Source: Eledone cirrhosa
Lineage: Eukaryota
DNA length: 64,000 nucleotides
Assembly: GCA_964016885.1 (NCBI GenBank)
Contig: OZ024749.1
Span: 41,106,001-41,170,000, forward strand
Direction of reading: 5' to 3'
The notes beneath the pieces are model-generated. The model ran no database searches. It was given only the letters and a program-made list of their open reading frames with translations, and had not been told where the DNA came from. The translations under genes and the position numbers were made by a program. Each line of letters starts with the position of its first letter. The stretch's first letter is position 1. Positions 54,700-64,000 of this stretch are shown piece by piece.

Positions 54700-55490
54700 G
54701 TAAGTTTTTCGTACATTCAAATGTTTCCGATATTTTTTTAAATGGGTGTTTTTTAATTGTTTAGTCAGCAAGAGAAGAGCTATGCCCATAGCCCTTTTCA
54801 GGGCCTCTGACTGGTCTGAGGATGTTGAAAAATGCCCTTAAACAGGAGATCTGGTTTGAATGCTTGCAACAGAGTGAACTCAGATAAAAGCATCCATGGG
54901 CCAGATGGGGTTGTTAATCTTGGCAATAGTATGTATTCTTCAGTTTGATAAGCTAAGGCACTGTGTCTTGTCTAGTGGAATGGGGAAAGAGAAGGTCTGA
55001 TTTGAAGATCAACTCCTTTCTTTCTCTTTCAATCCTGAAGGCACTCATGGAGTGGTCTGCTTGTAGCAGAGTGGGCTCTGCTAAAGGCACCTAAGAACCA
55101 GAAGTAATGATGTTAAACTAGGCGTACATATATCTACTGCCCAAGTAAGCCGTTTCCTCTTTAAACGACTTGAGGTTTGGTTAGAAGATACTTGCCCAAA
55201 ACTTGAGATTTAACCTGAAAGCCACAGGCTGCAAAGCAAACTTCTTAACCACACAACCAGCCATGTTTGTGCTCCAACTTAAGTGTAGCTACCTCTCACA
55301 ATCACTTTGATCTCTTTCAATTATCTTCCTGGCTCTCTCCTCTGAAGGAAATTGGCTGCCAAGTTTAAAAGGGCTAAGAAAAGCCGCATGTCACTCCAGT
55401 TCCCCTACAACTCCAACAGGAGTTAAGGATTCATCCATCCATACACAACCAATCAAGTCCCATAACTCGCTAAATATTTCGTTTGAATTT

Positions 55491-55940
55491 AATTGTTTCT
55501 ACGTTTGGCACAAGGCCAGCAAATACCCAGTGCATTACTGGTATTTTATTTTATCGACCCTGTAAGGATGAAAGGCAAAGTTATCCTCGGCGGGATTTGA
55601 ACTCAGAATGGCAAGGACCGTAACTCTATACATCAAAGCATGGCGTCCGATCCTCTACCAATACTGCCAATCCACCGCTTTAATTTAATGATGCAAAGGA
55701 AGACTCTAGAGTTATCTTTCTTGAAACTATCAATATTTTTTTCTATTCTGCAAACCAATAAAAATATCATCGGTAGAGGGTCGGACGCCATGCTTTGACG
55801 CATAGAGTTACTGCCCTTGCCATTCTGAGTTCAAATCCCGCCGAGGTTAACTTTGCCTTTCATCCTTACGGAGTCGATAAAATAAAGTACCAGTAATGTA
55901 CTGGGTAATTGCTGGCCCTGTGCCAATAATAGAAACAATT
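55491..55940. mobile_element. Head-to-head family A SINE pair upstream of exon 5
   Basis: Minus copy 55491-55678, plus copy 55769-55940, closely similar to each other. Confidence 0.85.
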
Positions 55941-56047
55941 ATTTAACAGTGGGAATATCTGGTAATAATATAACGGTTTAAATGAATTGTTGCATACATT
56001 TATAATGCGATAGTATAAACTAAATATGTCTGTATTTCTTTTGTCAG

Positions 56048-56231
56048 GTGCGTGTTTGCTGACCAGTGCTACCATTATGGTTCTCTTTAAGTACAGACAG
56101 TGTGGATCACCAACACATCTGACCCCTTCTGAACGCAAGATACCATTAATGGACACTTCCAACGGTAGTGCCACTAAATGTCCAGATCCTACGACAACCT
56201 ATCGGTACTATGAGGAAGATCATATGGTTAT
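56048..56231 (+). CDS. SLC16/MCT-family transporter, coding exon 5 (TM12 and cytoplasmic tail)
   Basis: ttcttttgtcag acceptor, in frame GACLLTSATIMVLFKYRQ. It either splices at AT|gtgagt after 56231 or reads through to TGA at 56233-56235. Confidence 0.85.
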
Positions 56232-57320
56232 GTGAGTATTATTAGCCAACATACGTTCTTCCTTTCATTGATTTGTTCATCTATAATAGAAGTTTGGGAG
56301 GGAACCTTTGCAATTTGAAGGGCTTTCTTTAGTTTTAGTATATAACTGACACTGTCAGAGCTACATAATTTATCATAAATAATTACATATTACATACAAG
56401 AAAACTTAAATTTAGTTGTCTTTTTATTTTACTTAATGTGATTTTCAGTTTTGATTCTTATCTGAAAATTTTTTAAATATCTGGATTGTTCATTTAAATG
56501 CACTTGGTACACTCTGTAAAGTTGTTGGTATTATTAGGAAGGGCGTCCAACTGTAGAAACCTTGCCAAATAAAGGGTTGAGAAGGCTCTTCAGTAGTGTC
56601 AGTGACATGACAACCTCCTTAATGTGAGCAAAACACCACGATAAAATACTCTCAGTGCGCTCCATAAATGCTGCAATGTCTGTAAGCAAGATGTGAGACC
56701 TCTGGTCTATCTGAGAGGTCAGTAGCTCTGATTAAGTACTGATTTGGTTTGTGACTGTCCATCTAATTTTTTCCAGCATGGAAAAGCAGATGGCACATGA
56801 TTATCATGATGATGATCATGAAGATTGCTAATTTAACCCTTTAACATTGAAACCAGCCGTAACTGACCAGAACTCTCTCACCTCTTTCTGTTCAAAATGG
56901 CCATAACTGGCCGCTCATAAGGTATTGTTCTCAAAATAAGTAACATCAAAATCTTAGATTCAATATGTGAGATAATTATGTAAGATAAAGCCTTACTGTG
57001 AAAATACAATAGTAAATATAGAGTAATGTAATTGTTAAAGGGTTAATGAAATTTTTATAAACTTTCAGAGTGCCTAAGATCCACTTGAGATTGGCTAAAA
57101 GAGTTGCATGCAATTCCAGAGCCATAGGTTGCTGACCCCCTACTCAATGGAAACAATCACCTTCTATTATCTAACCTTGTCTTTTGTTTCTTTTCCTTTT
57201 TCAACCATTCCTGCTTCAGTCTTTGAAACATATTTTCGTCTGTTTAAACTGTCTCCCCTTTAATTGGCATGGATTTCAAATTTTCTGCAAGTTCTCGTAT
57301 TTTGCATGAATTGTCTAAAT

Positions 57321-57646
57321 CAGTGGTTCCTAACTTATTTTGTTGCAGGACCCTTTTACAGTTTTCCACCACCCTGAAAAAATTGTGTAACCCCTACTTA
57401 TATTTTACATACAATCTCCACCGCCGTAATTCTCATAAGACAATAAATGATGCACAAATTTTCATTAACTTATATCAAAGGATTCCTTATCTCATGGAAA
57501 CTCAGAACTCTTTCTGTAGATCCCCAGAATATTTTCGTAACACCTCAAAACTTTTTCCACAGGTCCCCAGAATATTTTTGTAAAACTCCAAAACCTTTCT
57601 GCAGAACCCCAGAATTTTCTCATGGAACTCACTTTAGGAAGCACTA
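57321..57646. mobile_element. hAT (Charlie-like) MITE
   Basis: TIR cagtggttcctaa / ttaggaagcacta with an exact 8-bp TSD gtctaaat (57313-57320 and 57647-57654). Confidence 0.8.
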
Positions 57647-59164
57647 GTCTAAATAATTATTTTTGATAAGTGAAAAGACCCTTTTCCAAACTTTAACCAC
57701 CACAAAATTACAGAAGCAGTTATGTTTAGGGTGTTTAAAGATACAATACAATAACGCCCGAGGTCATGTGTTGCCAAAGAGCATTAAAACTACATTTCTT
57801 GTAAAATGCAGTCATTTGACCTGTCATGGGTCAAACATTTCGACTCCTTGACCTTTTTAAATATCTCTCTCCTGCCAGTTCTTTCTATATGGCTGGCTCT
57901 GCTAATTGTGTTGTCTGTCCTGTAATCTTAAGAGATTACCGGACAGATATTTATGTGTGTGTGTGTTACTTGTCTTGATTTCTCACCTGTAGGACTTATG
58001 TATGCTACCTGTATGTTACTATGTATTTGATGACATATAACACCCACTTCCCATTTCAGCAGTGAATATCAACTCTTTTGATATTAAAACCACCTGAAAT
58101 TACCTCTGAATTTACAATACAAAGCTGTTTATTTGAAGATGTTTATCTTTATCTAAAAACCTTCCATCATATAAGATGGAAGGTTTTTTTAAATCCCTTT
58201 TTGAATAAATTATAACAAAAATGTGTCTAATATGTCATCAAATACTGTACATGTCATGCAATTAGTTTTAATTAATTAGTAAATTATTACTAACAGCTAA
58301 CTTCCACATTTTACAGAATCACCCTCAACTGTGTTCAATAGATCCTGGAGGGTTTTACTCTTCTGGGTCAATGAGGTGTCAAAGATTCTATGAAAGGATA
58401 GAAGCTCTAAAATGATCAGGCATCTCTGCTTGATGTGGTTGCTTGACTTATTAGAAATTTCAGTCAAATTTCCATGAAATCCCACCTAATTGTTTTAAAT
58501 AAAGAAGGATATATTGGATAATGTAGCCTTGGTTTTATACAAAAGAAAGGATGCTCACTTCAGTACTAACATTAGGTTACCAACCAACGACTGTGTTCAG
58601 TCACATTAAAAGGACATTGCCATTTAATATTAAAGTTATCAACATTCAGTTAGTTACCACTTTCATACCAAATCATAATTTTATGTAAGACACTTTAAGT
58701 TATGTTTCAAACACCGGTCTAATGACAAGAACAGTATTTAGTGTAATAAATATCACTAAATTCTTGAATATTTTTCTAAATTATTTGAAAATCATAGGCA
58801 GTGTCTTTCATTAGAAATATGGTGATAAAAGGGGTCAGATTTAAAAGTTTATCAGAAACTATTTTTTGATCCTCAACACACACACACACACACACAAACG
58901 TGTATGTGTGTATATATAAAAAACAAATATTAAGACATGGATTATTATTATTATTAAAACATTTAATAGACTTACGAGCATTTCACTAGACTAACGAGGA
59001 ATGAAAGAACGTTTATTCCACTAAAGTAAATTAGTTTATCTTATATGTTTTAATATACTAGTAGGAGAAATGTTTTAACTTCGTAAGGGAAGTTGTAAAA
59101 AATAACATTTTAAAATATATTAGAGCGAACGTTATAATTATGGAAGCCTAAAACAGTAGTAATT

Positions 59165-60171
59165 ATATGTATGTATATATGTATATATCTATATATGTGT
59201 GTGTATATATGTATATGTTTATATGTATATGTTTATATATATGTATATGTTTATATATATATATATATGTATATGTTTATATGTATATATATGTATATAT
59301 ATGTTTATATGTATATATATATATATATGTTTATATGTATATATATATATATATATGTTTATATATATATGTTTATATATATATATGTTTATATATATAT
59401 GTTTATATGTATATATATATATATATATGTTTATATATATATATATATATGTTTATATATATATGTTTATATATATATATGTTTATATATATATGTTTAT
59501 ATATATATATATATGTATATGTTTATATATATAGATATGTATATGTTTATATATATATAGATATGTATATGTTTATATATATGTATATGTTTATAAATAT
59601 ATATATGTATATGTTTATAAATATATATATGTATATGTTTATAAATATATATATGTATATGTTTATAAATATATAGATATGTATATGTTTATATATATAG
59701 ATATGTATATGTTTATATATATAGATATGTATATGTTTATATATATATAGATATGTATATGTTTATATATATGTATATGTTTATATATATGTATATGTTT
59801 ATATATATGTATATGTTTATATATATGTTTATATATATGTATATGTTTATGTATATGTTTATATATATGTATATGTTTATATATATGTATATGTTTATAT
59901 ATATGTATATGTTTATATATATGTATATGTTTATATAAATGTATATGTTTATATGTATATGTTTATATATGTATATGTTTATATATGTATATGTTTATAT
60001 ATATATATGTATATGTTTATATATGTATATTTTATATATATATATGTTTATATATATATGCAAAAGTTCAATTTAAATTGTTGGGATACAACAAGCAAAT
60101 ATTATTATAACTGATATAAAGCAATGTTTATATATATATGTTTATATATATATATAAGTTTATATATATAT

Positions 60172-60212
<41 letters not shown>

Positions 60213-60242
60213 TATATATATGTGTATATATATGTTTATATA

Positions 60243-60273
<31 letters not shown>

Positions 60274-61444
60274 GTCTATATATATATATATGTATGTATA
60301 TGTATGATGTATGTATGTATATGTATGATGTATATATGTATGTATGTATATATGTATATGTATGTATGTATATATGTATATATGTATATATAGTTGTGTA
60401 TATATATATATATGTCTATATATATGTATGTATAAATGTATATGTATATATAGGTATGTATATATGTATATATAGTTATGTATATATAGTTATGTATATA
60501 TATAGTTATGTATATATATAGTTATGTATATATATAGTTATGTATATATATAGATATGTATATAAATATAGATATGTATATATATATAGAGATATGTATA
60601 TATATAGATATGTATATATATATAGAGATATGTATATATATATAGAGATATGTATATATATAGAGAGATATGTATATATATATAGAGATATGTATATATA
60701 TATAGAGATATGTATATATATATATAGATATGTATATATATATATAGATATGTATATATATATATAGATATGTATATATATATATATAGATATGTATATA
60801 TATATATAGATATGTATATATATATATAGATATGTATATATATATATAGATATGTATATATATATATAGATATGTATATATATATATAGATATGTATATA
60901 TATATATATATATAGATATGTATATATATATATAGATATGTATATATATATATATAGATATGTATATATATATATATAGATATGTATATATATATATATA
61001 GATATGTATATATATATATAGAGATATGTATATATATATATATATAGATATGTATATATATATATATATAGATATGTATATAGATATGTATATATATGTA
61101 TATGTATATAGAGATGTGTATATATGTATATATATATGTATATAGAGATGTGTATATATGTATATAGATATGTAGATATATGTATATAGATATATGTAGA
61201 TATATGTATATAGATATGTGTAGATATATGTGTATATATATATGTATATAGATATGTATATATATATGTATATAGATATGTATATAGATATGTATATGTA
61301 TATATATGTGTGTGTGTGTATATAGATATGTATATATATATGTATGTGTATATAGATATGTGTATATATATATATATATATATGTATATAGATATGTGTA
61401 TGTATATAGATATGTGTATGTATATAGATATGTGTATGTATATA

Positions 61445-61480
<36 letters not shown>
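59165..61480. repeat. About 2.3-kb complex (TA)n-derived array
   Basis: TATATGTTTA and TATAGATATG variant units, with a short unique island at about 60061-60123. Confidence 0.95.
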
Positions 61481-61481
<1 letters not shown>

Positions 61482-61555
61482 TCAAAGTGCGTGTCTGTGT
61501 TTTCTACAAGATGTGATGTTAAGGAAACCTATTTTCTCGTCCTATCACTCAACAG

Positions 61556-61610
61556 GCAAAAATCTGGAATGTACAGTTTATCAACTTCAACAGAGACAAA
61601 CCGAGAACTG
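61556..61610 (+). CDS. Probable coding exon 6 of the transporter gene
   Basis: attttctcgtcctatcactcaacag acceptor and CTG|gtgagt donor. Phase 2 matches exon 5 and gives (M)[18 protein letters not shown]. No homology support. Confidence 0.5.
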
Positions 61611-61631
61611 GTGAGTCACCCATAGACTCAG

Positions 61632-61692
<61 letters not shown>

Positions 61693-61831
61693 CATTCCTA
61701 TTGCTACTACTTACGGCACTCTTTGGTTTATTGCATTATTTGTTGTTGTTGTTGTTTGTTTTGTTTTTTTTTGCTAATTATTTCATTTTCTTCATTGCTT
61801 CTGTTGTTGTTAATATACAGTAAACATTACT

Positions 61832-62149
61832 ATGTACTGCTCTTTATACCCACTGGCATGTCGGGCAACAACGAAGGTCCTCCATTCCTCTCTCTCCTGG
61901 GCCAGCTTCTGGGTGGTACCTCATATGTGTTGCCAGGTCTTCATCTCTCCTTCAACTGTTCTGTACTAAGTGTTCTTTGGCCTTCTTCATTTTCGCTTAC
62001 CTTCTGGTCTGCAGTGAAGGCCTTTTCTTGAGATGCTATCTTGCTCTCTTCTGAGAACATGTCCTATCCACTTCCATCTTCTTTTGAGGAGGATTGCTGC
62101 CATATTTTCCTGTTGGCATCTAACTAGCAATTCCTTATTGGAGATCAGA
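61832..62149 (-). mobile_element. RTE-clade LINE 3' end, decayed
   Basis: Minus translation ISNKELL...KRRWKWIGHVLRR...PEGKRK*RRPKNT*...LAQEREEWR is typical of an RTE ORF C-terminus. Confidence 0.85.
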
Positions 62150-62427
62150 GATCTTTTCAGACAATAAAATACAGTAAATAGAAAGATGTTAAATTAGTAA
62201 GAGTTGTTTAAGCATAGGAATAAAAGCCTCAGTATTTATTCCAGCTCACTGGATTCTGAGTTCAAATCCCACCTAGGTCATCTTTACCTTTGATACTGTC
62301 TGCAGTGGTGAGTAAATAAATAGAGGAACCAGTCCAGTGGCAGTAGATTGGTGGGATTGTTAAGGAGTTGGACAAAAATTGTTTTCATGTATCTGTCCAC
62401 AGCTCTGTTCAAATCCTGCCTCTTCCT

Positions 62428-63368
62428 GCTGCCAGATGTTGCAACCAGTAGATAGTATCAGCAATAAAAAGATCAAATGAAACACAGTTTCCTTAGTCTG
62501 ATCTGATGATTAGCTTTCTTCTGCCAGGAGTTGCAACCAGGAGATAGTATCAGCAATAAAAAGATCAAATGAAACACAGTTTCCTTAGTCTGATCTGATG
62601 ATTAGCTTTCTTCTGCCAGGAGTTGCAACCAGTAGATAGTATCAGCAATAAAAAGATCAAATGAAACACAGTTTCCTTAGTCTGATCTGATGATTAGCTT
62701 TCTTCTGCCAGGAGTAGCAACCAGCAGATAGTATCAGCAATAAAAAGATCAATTGAAACATAGTTTCCTCGGTCTGATCTGATGGCTGGCTGGCTCTCTT
62801 ATGCCAGGAGTAGCAACCAGCAGATAGTATCAGCAATAGAAAGACCAGTTAAAACATAGTTTCCTTGGTCTGATCTGATGGCTGGCTGGCTCTCTTATGC
62901 CAGGAGTAGCAACCAGCAGATAGTATCAGCAATAGAAAGATCAATTGAAACATAGTTTCCTTGGTCTGATCTGATGGCTGGCTGGCTCTCTTATGCCAGG
63001 AGTAGCAACCAGCAGATAGTATCAGCAATAGAAAGATCAATTGAAACATAGTTTCCTTGGTCTGATCTGATGGCTGGCTGGCTCTCTTATGCCAGGAGTA
63101 GCAACCAGCAGATAGTATCAGCAATAGAAAGATCAATTGAAACATAGTTTCCTTGGTCTGATCTGATGGCTGGCTGGCTCTCTTATGCCAGGAGTAGCAA
63201 CCAGCAGATAGTATCAGCAATAGAAAGATCAATTGAAACATAGTTTCCTTGGTCTGATCTGATGGCTGGCTGGCTCTCTTATGCTAGGAGTAGCAACCAG
63301 CAGATAGTATCAGCAATAGAAAGACCAGTTAAAACATAGTTTCCTTGGTCTGATCTGATGATTAGCTC
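62428..63368. repeat. 92-96 bp tandem satellite, about 10 units
   Basis: Unit tgccaggagtagcaaccagcagatagtatcagcaatagaaagatcaattgaaacatagtttccttggtctgatctgatgg...; the 32-aa periodic ORF confirms the 96-bp period. Confidence 0.93.
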
Positions 63369-64000
63369 CTTTCTTCTTTTTTTTTCAACTTATAGCTTTA
63401 TTGTTATTGTTTTAATATTGGAAATCTTTATTTTATATTTCATTATGCTGGTGGCAGGGGTGGGGGTCTTGTTTCTTTTTGGATGTTTATATTTTTGATT
63501 CTTTTTTTTGTTTTTATTTAAATTTTATTGTTATGAGCAGATGATAGCAATGTTGCTATTGATGTCATTAGCTAATTTCTACCACTGATTGCTATTGGCT
63601 ACTGATAGCAATGTTGCTATTGGCTGTTAACATTGTTGTCACACATTATAGCTATTGGTATTAATCCTAATATTGCTAATGCTGTGTTTTACTTTGTAAT
63701 TGCTGTTCCAATTTCCATACCATGTTTGTTTGTTTTCATTTTTCATCTCTCTCTTGCTAATGCTGTTGTTGTTTGTAGTGTAAACTTGCATGGGTTATTT
63801 TTATCTGTTGCCTCCTTCCTCCTCCCCGCTCTCATTTGTATTATAAACAATGAACAGGGAAGGAAAGACAACCCTGACTACATCAATAATTCCTGGGGAA
63901 ATCTCTGATAAAATATAATGGTAATATTAGCTATCCATTTTCCCTCCTCTCTTGCTCTGTCCGTCTCTACCTTCCATACATTGGTGCTGGTAAGACTGAA

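Noticed and set aside
58965-59050. GAAA-TGCTCG-TA with a possible long stem II on the minus strand
   Set aside because: No recognisable CTGANGA box.
59167-61516. Long ORFs up to 315 aa
   Set aside because: Stop-free translations of TA-derived arrays.

Overview
AT-rich, microsatellite- and transposon-dense eukaryotic DNA. The SINE families and (TA)n/(CA)n load resemble coleoid cephalopod (Octopus-like) genomes, which is an inference. One protein-coding gene is supported: a + strand SLC16/monocarboxylate-transporter-family MFS gene with five phase-consistent coding exons (48164-56231) and a probable sixth (61556-61610). It may continue past the window. The rest is tRNA-derived SINEs, mariner/hAT/piggyBac-like MITEs, LINE 3' ends, a decayed and rearranged Ty3/Gypsy element, and satellites. 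The most notable unexplained signal is a set of short, non-coding elements in or beside TA-rich tracts that carry minimal type I hammerhead ribozyme motifs. Two have complete cores (8586-8651, 17283-17344), one is near-complete (24689-24773) and several are decayed. Several sit in an 'inverted partial copy + forward copy with extra tail' fold-back, consistent with multiple families of non-autonomous Penelope-like elements or retrozymes. Separately, head-to-head SINE pairs lie just upstream of three exons of the transporter gene. All calls were made by eye; no searches or folding programs were run.
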